From Bacteroidales bacterium (GTDB lineage: Bacteria > Bacteroidota > Bacteroidia > Bacteroidales > UBA7960), in assembly GCA_003550725.1 (NCBI GenBank), contig PUKZ01000003.1, positions 31,124 to 95,123 on the forward strand: a stretch of DNA of 64,000 nt, written 5' to 3'. Of the stretch, positions 55,481 through 64,000 are shown in pieces (within the stretch, counting starts at the first letter, position 1; every line of letters starts with the position of its first letter). Made by a program: the position numbers and the translations under genes. Below the pieces are notes generated by a model, which worked only from the letters and a program-made list of their open reading frames with translations, made no database searches and was not told the origin of the DNA.

Positions 55481-56434
55481 ATGTCAAAAAGAATTTCAAC
55501 GTTTGTCATTTTCATATTTATTGGATTAAGCGCGTTATCGCAACAAGATATTCAGTTTAGTCACAATATGTACAATACGATGGGTATTAATCCCGGATAT
55601 GCAGGTATGCGTGGTGCGATTTGTGCTACTGCATTTGCCAGGCAGCAATGGGTTGGATTCAGAGATGATGAAGATGCACGTGTTCATCCGCAAACATACA
55701 GCCTCAATATTGATGCACCCATAAACATTTTAAGGGGCGGTGTTTCATTAGGTCTTTTGCAAGACGAGTTAGGGTATGAAAATAATATCGGTTTAAAATT
55801 AGGATATGCTTATCATGTTCCTTTAGGTTTAGGCGATCTTGGGATTGGTTTCCATGCCGGCTTTCTTGACAAAAGCATTGGGTTTGATAAATTCGAGCCC
55901 ATAGATCAAAATGACCCAGCTCTTTCGGGAGGCAGTGATGAGTCGGCAATGTTTATTGATGCTGCTATGGGTGCTTTTTACAAATTAGATGATTGGTGGG
56001 CAGGATTCTCTCTTACACAGATGTTTCAAACCAGTAGAGAAATTGGTGGAGGAAATGCCGAATATGAACTGCAAAGACATGCTTATCTGAGCGGAGGATA
56101 CAATTTCAAAATACCCGATCATCCAACATTTGTTGTAAGTCCATCATTATTAATAAAAACAGATATTAATGCGTTACAGGCTGATTTAAACACACTGGTA
56201 ACATACAATGACAGGGTATGGGGCGGATTAAGCTACAGGTATCAAGATGCCGTTGTTATATTTTTGGGATTAAGCCTTGACCAAATAAGTGTTGGTTATT
56301 CCTATGACATAACCACTTCACCTATTGGTCGTCATGGCCGCAGTTATGGAAGTCATGAGCTTATGGTTCAATATTGTTTCGACCTTGAGCTTGACCGTAT
56401 TCTAAGGCCGCATAGAACTACAAGACATTTATAA
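55481..56434 (+). CDS. porP: Type IX secretion system membrane protein, PorP/SprF family
   Basis: 317 aa with a signal peptide followed by QQDIQFSHNMYNTMGINPGYAG, the family N-terminal signature. It lies directly upstream of gldK. Confidence 0.8.
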   Translation: MSKRISTFVIFIFIGLSALSQQDIQFSHNMYNTMGINPGYAGMRGAICATAFARQQWVGFRDDEDARVHPQTYSLNIDAPINILRGGVSLGLLQDELGYENNIGLKLGYAYHVPLGLGDLGIGFHAGFLDKSIGFDKFEPIDQNDPALSGGSDESAMFIDAAMGAFYKLDDWWAGFSLTQMFQTSREIGGGNAEYELQRHAYLSGGYNFKIPDHPTFVVSPSLLIKTDINALQADLNTLVTYNDRVWGGLSYRYQDAVVIFLGLSLDQISVGYSYDITTSPIGRHGRSYGSHELMVQYCFDLELDRILRPHRTTRHL

Positions 56435-56582
56435 GCATTAAAAAAATATTATCGTACGATGTAACAATATGTACAAAATATCGTTAAAGACTTTAAAGCT
56501 TATTATAAAAAGCTTATTATAATAAGAGAAAGAGTATAAATTGAAAAAAATATGATCATAAAAAGTAAATAAGGAGCCTAGC

Positions 56583-57881
56583 ATGAAAAATTTAGTTTTA
56601 TTTATTTTGGTTATTATTGTTTTTGCCAGTTGCGACAGAAGAACCGGTCAACTAACGGGTGTACAAGACAGGCCCAGGGTATATGATGAAAAGCCTGCGG
56701 GTATGGTTTATATACCAATGGGAAGTTTTATGATGGGGCCCTCTGACGAAGATATAGCATATTCACATAATGCCGTATCAAAAAGAGTTTCTGTAAGGTC
56801 ATTCTACATGGATGAAACAGCCATAACCAATAACCAATACCGCCAGTTTGTACATTGGGTAAGAGACTCTTTGTTCAGATTGGAGTTGGGAGAAGCCTTA
56901 GACGATGAGTTTTTAATCTTTAGTGATGATTTCGGCCAGGAATTAGACCCCCCATTGATCAACTGGGATGCCGGGTTCGACTTGCAAGATGAGGAAGTCA
57001 GGTTAGCTTTAGAAGACTTTTATCTGCCGGAACATGAAAGGTTCTTTCGCCGAAGAGAAATTGATACACGCCAGCTTATTTACAGATATCATATAATAGA
57101 CCTAAATCGTGCAGCCAGGAAAGATGAGCGGGATACACCGAGAAATGAATTCGTAAGAGAATGGGAAACACATGTTTATCCTGATACGCTTACATGGATT
57201 CACGATTTCAGCTATGCCTATAATGAGCCTATGACACAAATGTATTTTTGGCACCCGACCTATGACCATTACCCCGTGGTAGGTGTAAATTGGGAACAGG
57301 CTCGTGCTTTCACTGTTTGGAGAACGCAATTCCTTAACAGTTATTTACAAAGAAGGGGAAGGGCAATGGCTATGGACTTCAGGCTACCAACCGAAGCCGA
57401 ATGGGAATATGCAGCAAGAGGTGGACTGGAGCTTAATCCATATCCCTGGGGTGGTCCGTATACAAGAAACCAGGATGGTTGTTTCCTTGCTAACTTTAAG
57501 CCTATGCGTGGAGATTATGTCTCTGACGGAGGCTTCCAAACAGTTATAGTTGGCCACTATCCACCAAATGATTATGGACTTTATGATATGGCAGGAAACG
57601 TTTCAGAATGGACCCGAAATACATACGACGAATCTTTTTACATATATGGCCATGATATGAATATGGATTATCATTATGAGTTCGATCCGGATGAAGACCC
57701 ACCGGCTCTTAGCAGAAAAGTAATCAGGGGCGGTTCATGGAAAGATGTAGCCTATTTTTTGCAAGTAAGCACAAGAAACTATGAATATCAGGACACAGCA
57801 AAATCCTATATAGGCTTTCGTACTGTACAAACATATTTAGGTACAGACAGGAGACACGGAGAAACTTCCAATATTTATTAA
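56583..57881 (+). CDS. gldK: Gliding motility/T9SS lipoprotein GldK (PorK), FGE-sulfatase fold
   Basis: 432 aa with the lipobox FASCD. The FGE/SUMF1-type motifs are YMDETAITNNQY, NWEQARAF, EAEWEYAARGG and RGGSW. Confidence 0.9.
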   Translation: MKNLVLFILVIIVFASCDRRTGQLTGVQDRPRVYDEKPAGMVYIPMGSFMMGPSDEDIAYSHNAVSKRVSVRSFYMDETAITNNQYRQFVHWVRDSLFRLELGEALDDEFLIFSDDFGQELDPPLINWDAGFDLQDEEVRLALEDFYLPEHERFFRRREIDTRQLIYRYHIIDLNRAARKDERDTPRNEFVREWETHVYPDTLTWIHDFSYAYNEPMTQMYFWHPTYDHYPVVGVNWEQARAFTVWRTQFLNSYLQRRGRAMAMDFRLPTEAEWEYAARGGLELNPYPWGGPYTRNQDGCFLANFKPMRGDYVSDGGFQTVIVGHYPPNDYGLYDMAGNVSEWTRNTYDESFYIYGHDMNMDYHYEFDPDEDPPALSRKVIRGGSWKDVAYFLQVSTRNYEYQDTAKSYIGFRTVQTYLGTDRRHGETSNIY

Positions 57882-57935
57882 TATTTTACGTTATTAAGAA
57901 AAAAATTAAACTAAATAAATTAAACCTTAAGCAAT

Positions 57936-59015
57936 ATGAAATTCACGCACACAAAAGCTTTTAAAAGCTGGATGACAAAATTATATGGATTTGGAGCAGC
58001 TGTTGTACTTCTGGGAGCTTTATTCAAAATACAGCACTATCCAGGGGCTGATATAATGCTCGTTGTTGGATTAGGCACCGAGGCTTTTATATTTTTTATG
58101 TCGGCTTTCGAACCGGTTCATTCTGAACCCGACTGGTCGTTAGTATATCCTGAATTAGGAGGCCTGGATAATCTTGATGAAGAAGAAATAGAAGAAAGAA
58201 AAGCATTAAGGCAATCAAATGCTGCAGCTGCAGCACCAGTTAGTGCAGCAGGACAAACCACACAAAACATAACCCTGTCAGGAAACCTTGACAAATTATT
58301 AGAAGAAGCTGATATCGGTCCTGAGCTTATTGAAAATCTTGGTCAAGGACTTAGAAATCTAAGTGAAAATACTCAAAAATTAGCCGATATTTCAAATGCT
58401 GCCATTGCAACAAATAATTATATTCAAAATATGGAAGCAGCATCTCAATCAGTTATTGAACTTAGCCAATCATACAAAAATACTGCTGAATATCTAAAGC
58501 ATGATCTTAGTCTTAATGAAGAATATGCAAATAGTTTGCAAAACGCAGTGAAATCGGTTAACGAAATAAGTGATTCTTATCAAAAAACAGCAGAAACTGC
58601 AAAAGAAAATCTTGATGCTACTAAAGAATATACTGAAAGCCTGAAAAGTATAAGTGGATATACAAATAAACTGGCTGAGGTTTATGCCAACAGCTCTGAA
58701 TCTTTAACAAAAACAGCAGAGTCATTGCAAAAATCAACGCAAAGCGGCCAGCAATTCAGTAATCAGTTGCAGGAAACAGTTGAAAATCTTTCAGCCTTAA
58801 ATGCAGTATATGAGCTCCAATTACAGTCATCAAATGAACAATACCAACATAGCAGTAAATTACAGGAAACAATGTCAACGCTTATTGAAAATCTCAACAA
58901 TTCAGCTAATGATACCCAGAAATACAGAGAAGAGATGGATAAGTTGACAAATAATATAACTGCATTAAACAGCGTTTATGGCAATATGCTTTCTGCTATG
59001 AATGTTAACAAATAA
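57936..59015 (+). CDS. gldL: Gliding motility/T9SS protein GldL (PorL)
   Basis: 359 aa with two N-terminal TM helices (LYGFGAAVVLLGALFKIQHYPGADIMLVVGLGTEAFIFFMSAFEP) and a long helical cytoplasmic domain. Confidence 0.9.
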   Translation: MKFTHTKAFKSWMTKLYGFGAAVVLLGALFKIQHYPGADIMLVVGLGTEAFIFFMSAFEPVHSEPDWSLVYPELGGLDNLDEEEIEERKALRQSNAAAAAPVSAAGQTTQNITLSGNLDKLLEEADIGPELIENLGQGLRNLSENTQKLADISNAAIATNNYIQNMEAASQSVIELSQSYKNTAEYLKHDLSLNEEYANSLQNAVKSVNEISDSYQKTAETAKENLDATKEYTESLKSISGYTNKLAEVYANSSESLTKTAESLQKSTQSGQQFSNQLQETVENLSALNAVYELQLQSSNEQYQHSSKLQETMSTLIENLNNSANDTQKYREEMDKLTNNITALNSVYGNMLSAMNVNK

Positions 59016-59062
59016 AAATAATTATTAAGCTTAAAACAGATATAATAAATATCCCATAACCT

Positions 59063-60649
59063 ATGGCTAAAGAAACCAATCGCCAGAAACTAGTCAAGCT
59101 GATGTATCTCGTTTTCCTGTCTTTAATGGCACTCAACGTTGATGTATCAGTACTTAATTCATTTGTACGTGTTGATGACGGGTTAAATGAAACCAATGTC
59201 AATTTTGCGAGAAAAGTGGATATGGTTTATTCCGATTTTGATCAGCAAAAAGCCATTTCAGAAGATTTAGTTTATCCATATTATGATAGAGCATATTATG
59301 TCAAGGAATTATCTGATTCACTTGTCAATAAAATTAAAAGATTAAGAAGTCAGACGATAGCAGAAGCAGATGGTATTGATTTTGAAAAAGCTGATACTCT
59401 CAATCTTATGGATCTCCAAAATAAGGACAATTATAGCAGGACAACAAGATTTTGGATGACAGAAGGATTAAGTACGGGTGCCAGCGATGGAGGTTCAGGT
59501 TCCAGGGCATATAAACTTCGCAATACAATCGAAAACTATAAAGAAGAAATTATCAATCAACTTGACTCTGCCCATCGTGAATTTCTCAGGTTAGGACTAG
59601 ACACTGAAGGCCCTTTTTATACCGCGGGTGGTGATGAAATAAACTGGCAACAAGCAATGTTTAATCGCATCCCCCCTGTTGCCAAAGCAACCAGTCTGAG
59701 CCGGCTGATTACTGATGTACGTAATGCCGAATTTGATGTTATATCAATACTATATGGAGCAATTACCGAGGAAGACTTCCGGTTTGACCGAATTGAAGCA
59801 AGAGTTGTACCTCAAAGCCAGATAGTAATGGCCGGAGACGAATATACGGCTGACATTTTTGTTGCAGCTTATGATACCCGGCAAGAACCTACAATTATTG
59901 TTGACGGTCGTGAAATCCCGGTAGAAGATGGAATGGGTAAGTTCAGAAGAACTGCTGGCAGTGAAGGCGAGCAGAGTTTCAGTGGCGTTATCCGGGTTAC
60001 TTCTCCGGCAGGTATTGTGCAAGAATACGAATTTTCTGAACAATATACAGTGCAAAGGCCTTCGGTTACAGTATCAGCCGACAGAATGAATGTTTTTTAT
60101 GCCGGTGTTGATAATCCGGTTTCAATCTCTGCACCCGGAGTACCCGATGATAATATCAGGGCAAGTATTTCTCGCGGTTCAATCACACGAGAAGGAGGAG
60201 GTAGATATACTGTAAATGTGCCGGCAGATGTCAATGAAGTAGATGTTAGCATATCAGCTATAGTATCCGGTGAAACACACCCATTGCCTTCACAAACTTT
60301 CAGGGTACAAACAATTCCAGACCCAACACCAACAATAGCAGGACAGAAAGGAGGCGCCAGAATACCTGAATCAAGGCTTGTAAGCAACCGATTTGTTCGC
60401 GCAGAAGTTGATGAAAGTTTTCTTTTTGACATGGACTTTGAAATTGAATCTTTCACAATGGTTACCACTTCAAGAGCAGGCGATATAATTAGGGAATCCA
60501 CAACAGGTGGTATGCTTTCCGACAGAATGATTGAAATAATTGAAAGATTAAGAAGAGGTACATATATACATTTTGAAGACATCACTACCAGACCGGCAGC
60601 TGATGGAAGGAGAAGAAATTTGGGAACAGTCACAATAAGGCTGGACTAA
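59063..60649 (+). CDS. gldM: Gliding motility/T9SS protein GldM (PorM)
   Basis: 528 aa. The N-terminus RQKLVKLMYLVFLSLMALNV matches the GldM TM signature. It is followed by a large periplasmic domain. Confidence 0.9.
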   Translation: MAKETNRQKLVKLMYLVFLSLMALNVDVSVLNSFVRVDDGLNETNVNFARKVDMVYSDFDQQKAISEDLVYPYYDRAYYVKELSDSLVNKIKRLRSQTIAEADGIDFEKADTLNLMDLQNKDNYSRTTRFWMTEGLSTGASDGGSGSRAYKLRNTIENYKEEIINQLDSAHREFLRLGLDTEGPFYTAGGDEINWQQAMFNRIPPVAKATSLSRLITDVRNAEFDVISILYGAITEEDFRFDRIEARVVPQSQIVMAGDEYTADIFVAAYDTRQEPTIIVDGREIPVEDGMGKFRRTAGSEGEQSFSGVIRVTSPAGIVQEYEFSEQYTVQRPSVTVSADRMNVFYAGVDNPVSISAPGVPDDNIRASISRGSITREGGGRYTVNVPADVNEVDVSISAIVSGETHPLPSQTFRVQTIPDPTPTIAGQKGGARIPESRLVSNRFVRAEVDESFLFDMDFEIESFTMVTTSRAGDIIRESTTGGMLSDRMIEIIERLRRGTYIHFEDITTRPAADGRRRNLGTVTIRLD

Positions 60650-60720
60650 TGCAGTAATATAAAATATATGTTGCAGCATAAAAAATGAAAAAATAATTAG
60701 AGAAATAAAATCTTAATACT

Positions 60721-61824
60721 ATGAAAAAAATACTTATATCATTATTCGCCGGAGTTTTCCTTTTATTAATTTGCTCTAATATTGACGCACAAAGATATTC
60801 AGTTACATTTCAAATACTGGATGCAGATGGAGAGCGGCTGCGCGATGCTGTTGTAACTTTATCCGGCGTAACACAAGAGCCGGGTGAACATATATTCGAT
60901 AATGTACAAGCCGGCACCCAAACCTACTCAGTAGAAAAAGAAGGTTATACCTCAATCAGCTATGTAGATATTGAGGTTGATGATAATATCGAAGAGGTGG
61001 TAACAATGAGAGAAATCCCTCCAGATAGGTATTATTCTACTGACAGAGAACCGGATTTGTTGGACTTGAGGCAAAGGAAACCCCAGGAATTGGCTTATGT
61101 TAGAGAAGCTGATGTGTTGTGGGCAAAAAGAGTATGGCAGCAAGTAGATTTGCGCGAAAAAATAAACCAAACATTGTATTTCCCTATAGAACCAACAGAG
61201 GGAAGAAGAAGTTTAGCCCAGATATTATATGATGCTATTTTGGAAGGTGAAATCACAGCATTTCCTTATGAATACGATGATTTTAGCCATAGTTATACAC
61301 CATCTCAAGTCAGGCAACGACTGGAAGATGAATATGAAGAAACAATTTCTGCCGAAGAAGCTAGGCTGAGAGGCTGGGGTGAAATTGAAGGTACTGACAC
61401 TACATTTACTGTAACTGAACGTTTTAGGCCAGATGAAGTTACAAAACTAAGAATAAAGGAAGACTGGTTTTTTGATTCAAAAAGATCTGTACTGGATGTG
61501 AGAATTCTTGGAATAAGCCTGGTATCAGAACAATATGATGAGCATGAAGGAGTTTACAGGGACGAGCCGCTCTTTTGGGTATATTATCCTGAAGTACGAG
61601 ATGTATTAGCCAACGAAGAAGTTTATACAAGACATAGTGATGCACAAAAGATTTCTTTTGATGATTTGTTTTTGCGCCGCATGTTTAATGGATATATTAT
61701 CAAAGAAGCAAATGTTTATGACAGAAGTATTGCGGAATATGCCAGTGGATTAGATGCATTACTGGAAGCTGAAGAGATAAAAAACAAAATTCGGGAATTC
61801 GAACACGATCTTTGGGAATACTAA
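60721..61824 (+). CDS. gldN: Gliding motility/T9SS protein GldN (PorN)
   Basis: 367 aa with a signal peptide. It contains VLWAKRVWQQVDLREKIN and KLRIKEDWFFDSKRSVLDVRILGI, the characteristic GldN blocks. Confidence 0.85.
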   Translation: MKKILISLFAGVFLLLICSNIDAQRYSVTFQILDADGERLRDAVVTLSGVTQEPGEHIFDNVQAGTQTYSVEKEGYTSISYVDIEVDDNIEEVVTMREIPPDRYYSTDREPDLLDLRQRKPQELAYVREADVLWAKRVWQQVDLREKINQTLYFPIEPTEGRRSLAQILYDAILEGEITAFPYEYDDFSHSYTPSQVRQRLEDEYEETISAEEARLRGWGEIEGTDTTFTVTERFRPDEVTKLRIKEDWFFDSKRSVLDVRILGISLVSEQYDEHEGVYRDEPLFWVYYPEVRDVLANEEVYTRHSDAQKISFDDLFLRRMFNGYIIKEANVYDRSIAEYASGLDALLEAEEIKNKIREFEHDLWEY

Positions 61825-61880
61825 TAACCTGTTTTTTAAAGCAATTATCTTGCCGAAAAATTGTTTTTTGTATAATAAAA

Positions 61881-61915
61881 AAATGGTGCTTGATTTTGAA
61901 AATCAAGCACCATTT
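61881..61915. terminator. Bidirectional rho-independent terminator between gldN (+) and fumarate hydratase (-)
   Basis: AAATGGTGCTTGATTTT / AAAATCAAGCACCATTT is a near-perfect inverted repeat with core stem ATGGTGCTTGAT. It has an A-run on the 5' side and a T-run on the 3' side. Confidence 0.8.
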
Positions 61916-61949
61916 TTTTATTTAAGATCTTAATACATTATTTGATTTA

Positions 61950-63569
61950 TTACCCATCTATTCTGTAAAAATCATTGCCTTTATCATCAACTAATATGAA
62001 AGCCGGAAAATCTTCAACTTCAATGCGATAAATAGCTTCCATACTTAATTCGGGATATTCTATCAACTCAACCTTTTTGATGTTTTCCTGGGCAAGTATA
62101 GCTGCAGGGCCTCCAATGCTACCAAGGTAAAACCCCCCGTATTTCTTGCATGCATCAGTTACAGCTTGGCTTCGGTTACCCTTGGCTATCATAACAAGGC
62201 TGCCGCCATTTTTTTGAAAAATATCAACATAATAATCCATTCGACCGGCTGTTGTTGGTCCAAAAGAACCTGATGCCATCCCCTCGGGTGTTTTTGCAGG
62301 GCCTGCATAATATATAGGATGATCTTTTATATACCTGGGTAGCTCTTCTCCTTTATCAAGCCGTTCTTTAAGCTTTGAATGAGCCATATCCCTTCCAACT
62401 ATGATTGTTCCATTAAGTGACAATCGCGTACCGACAGGATGCCTGGTCAACTCACCAAGTATTTCTTTCATTGGTTGATCCAAATCAATTTTAACAGCCC
62501 CGGCATCGTCGGCTTTACGATATTTTTCGGGAATAAAACGACCCGGATTGTCCTCTAGCTTTTCTACCCATATACCATCTTTATTAATCTTAGCTTTAAT
62601 ATTTCTGTCAGCAGCACATGAAACTCCCATACCAACAGGACAAGAAGCACCGTGGCGTGGCATACGTATAATTCTAATATCCAGGGCAAAATACTTGCCG
62701 CCAAACTGGGCTCCAATGCCTAATTCATAAGCATAATTCAATACTTTTTCTTCCAGCTCCCGGTCACGAAAAGCCTGCCCTCCCTCATTACCTTTAGTGG
62801 GTAAATTGTCAAGTTCTTTAGCAGATGCAAGTTTAACAGCTTTCAAACATGCTTCACCGGAAGTGCCGCCTATCACAAACGCAACATGATAAGGAGGACA
62901 TGCAGCAGTACCCAAAGATTTTAACTTTTCGACAAGAAACTGCTCTAACTTTTCAGGATTAAGTAAGGCCTTTGTTTGCTGATATAATGCAGTTTTGTTT
63001 GCTGAACCCCCTCCTTTTGCTACAAAAAGAAAATTGTATTCATTACCTTCGGTTGCATGTATATCAATCTGGGCAGGCAAGTTTGTACCTGAATTCTTCT
63101 CTTTATACATATCCAAAGGAATGATCTGAGAGTATCTAAGATTTTCCTTTTTATATGTGTTGTAAACACCCAACGACAATGCTTCTCCATCATTAACACC
63201 TGTCCATACATTTTGTCCTTTTTTTGCAACAACTGTTGCTGTTCCGGTATCCTGGCAAAATGGCAAAACACCTTTAGCTGAAATTTCAGCATTACGAAGC
63301 ATAGTCAACGCCACATACTTGTCGTTTTGACTCGCATCAGGATCATCTAAAATTTCAGCAACCTGCTTTATATGCTCAGTACGTAACATAAATGCACTGT
63401 CGCGCATAGCAGTTTCTGCAAGCTTGACAAGCCCTTCATAATCAACCCTTAACACCTTGTGGCCTTCAAATTCGGAAACAGTAACATAATCCCGCGTAAG
63501 CAGATAATAATCCGTATCATCCTTACCCAAAGGAAAAGGCTCCTGATAATTAAACTCTGATTTTGACAT
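61950..63569 (-). CDS. Class I (Fe-S dependent) fumarate hydratase
   Basis: 539 aa. It fuses an N-terminal catalytic region (CQDTGTA, GGGSANK) with a C-terminal beta-subunit-like region ([23 protein letters not shown]). Confidence 0.9.
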   Translation of the reverse strand: MSKSEFNYQEPFPLGKDDTDYYLLTRDYVTVSEFEGHKVLRVDYEGLVKLAETAMRDSAFMLRTEHIKQVAEILDDPDASQNDKYVALTMLRNAEISAKGVLPFCQDTGTATVVAKKGQNVWTGVNDGEALSLGVYNTYKKENLRYSQIIPLDMYKEKNSGTNLPAQIDIHATEGNEYNFLFVAKGGGSANKTALYQQTKALLNPEKLEQFLVEKLKSLGTAACPPYHVAFVIGGTSGEACLKAVKLASAKELDNLPTKGNEGGQAFRDRELEEKVLNYAYELGIGAQFGGKYFALDIRIIRMPRHGASCPVGMGVSCAADRNIKAKINKDGIWVEKLEDNPGRFIPEKYRKADDAGAVKIDLDQPMKEILGELTRHPVGTRLSLNGTIIVGRDMAHSKLKERLDKGEELPRYIKDHPIYYAGPAKTPEGMASGSFGPTTAGRMDYYVDIFQKNGGSLVMIAKGNRSQAVTDACKKYGGFYLGSIGGPAAILAQENIKKVELIEYPELSMEAIYRIEVEDFPAFILVDDKGNDFYRIDG

Positions 63570-63719
63570 AATGAATGTTTTTTAATTAATAAATACTTTA
63601 TTAACAAGATAAAATTAATCTAAAAATAATTACTTCCCAAAAATGCAATCAAAAATAACTATAAATAGCTGTTTTACAATAACAAACTGCCAATTTCTTA
63701 CTCTTTGAATATTTTATTA

Positions 63720-63727
63720 TATATTTG
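63720..63727 (+). promoter_or_regulatory. Candidate -7 promoter box for rbfA, only 5 nt before the ATG
   Basis: TATATTTG is at 63720-63727 and the ATG at 63733. Confidence 0.35.
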
Positions 63728-63732
63728 CAAAT

Positions 63733-64000
63733 ATGGAAACTACCAGACAAAATAAAATTTCAAGACTAATACAGAAAGACCTGGGTGAAATATTCCAAAG
63801 AAATGAACAAAGAATGTTTCCCGGAGCAATGATAACAGTCACAAAAGTTAATATTACCCGTGACTTGTCTATTGCAAGAGTATATCTTAGCATATTTGGA
63901 AAAAACCCTGAGAAAGTTATTAAAATGATAGAAGCTTCATCAAAGGAAATACGAAGGCTTCTAGGATTAAGAATAAAAAACCAGGTAAAAGCAATACCGG
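63733..64000 (+). CDS. rbfA: Ribosome-binding factor A; the 3' end lies beyond the right window edge
   Basis: Hand translation gives METTRQNKISRLIQKDLGEIFQRNEQRMFPGAMITVTKVNITRDLSIARVYLSIFG..., the typical RbfA N-terminal region. There is no stop before the window end. Confidence 0.85.
   Translation, partial: METTRQNKISRLIQKDLGEIFQRNEQRMFPGAMITVTKVNITRDLSIARVYLSIFGKNPEKVIKMIEASSKEIRRLLGLRIKNQVKAIP

Noticed and set aside
60097-60633. A 178-aa ORF on the minus strand.
   Set aside because: It is antisense to gldM and Ser/Pro/Leu-rich, which is typical of a shadow frame. gldM is well supported on the plus strand.
1-64000. A scan for tRNA/rRNA/tmRNA genes, CRISPR arrays, IS elements, integrases, restriction-modification systems, toxin-antitoxin pairs or other defence genes.
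   Set aside because: I found no T-loop-like GGTTCGAATCC-type sequence in an intergenic context and no spaced direct-repeat arrays. I found no transposase- or integrase-like ORFs and no nuclease/helicase/methylase clusters. The window reads as conserved core genome.

Overview
This is an AT-rich chromosomal core segment that reads as Bacteroidota. The evidence is a porP/sprF-gldK-gldL-gldM-gldN type IX secretion (T9SS)/gliding operon, gldH, T9SS C-terminal sorting domains, recurrent TAnnTTTG -7 promoter boxes, and the conserved ftsX-DUF3098-uppP-truB and rplM-rpsI-rpsB-tsf blocks. I support about 54 protein genes, most of them housekeeping: translation, tRNA modification (miaA, cca, tsaC, truB, queA, miaB), C1/folate metabolism (folP, metH, fhs), envelope, polyamines and a split transketolase. 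I also support one clear SAM-I riboswitch, two strong bidirectional terminators and one tandem gene duplication. I found no tRNA/rRNA genes, CRISPR arrays, IS elements, integrases or recognisable defence genes, so I cannot point to one obvious new multi-gene system. Items worth a second look: (1) gldH is cut by a single in-frame TAA between its lipoprotein signal peptide and mature domain. (2) rpsB has ATT where the initiator Met should be. (3) The metH leader combines a SAM-I riboswitch, a 43-codon ORF ending in a Met-rich run, and a GC hairpin over its stop codon. (4) Two tandem, mosaic-identity T9SS cargo paralogs carry an N-terminal WCxxC thioredoxin-like domain. (5) An AmmeMemoRadiSam pair (amrS-amrB) has no amrA nearby and is followed by ygiQ. 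(6) A GC-rich island lies in the folP-cdaA spacer. (7) An arginase-fold protein between topA and porP appears to have lost metal ligands. All calls come from reading the sequence and ORF translations by eye. No database search was run.
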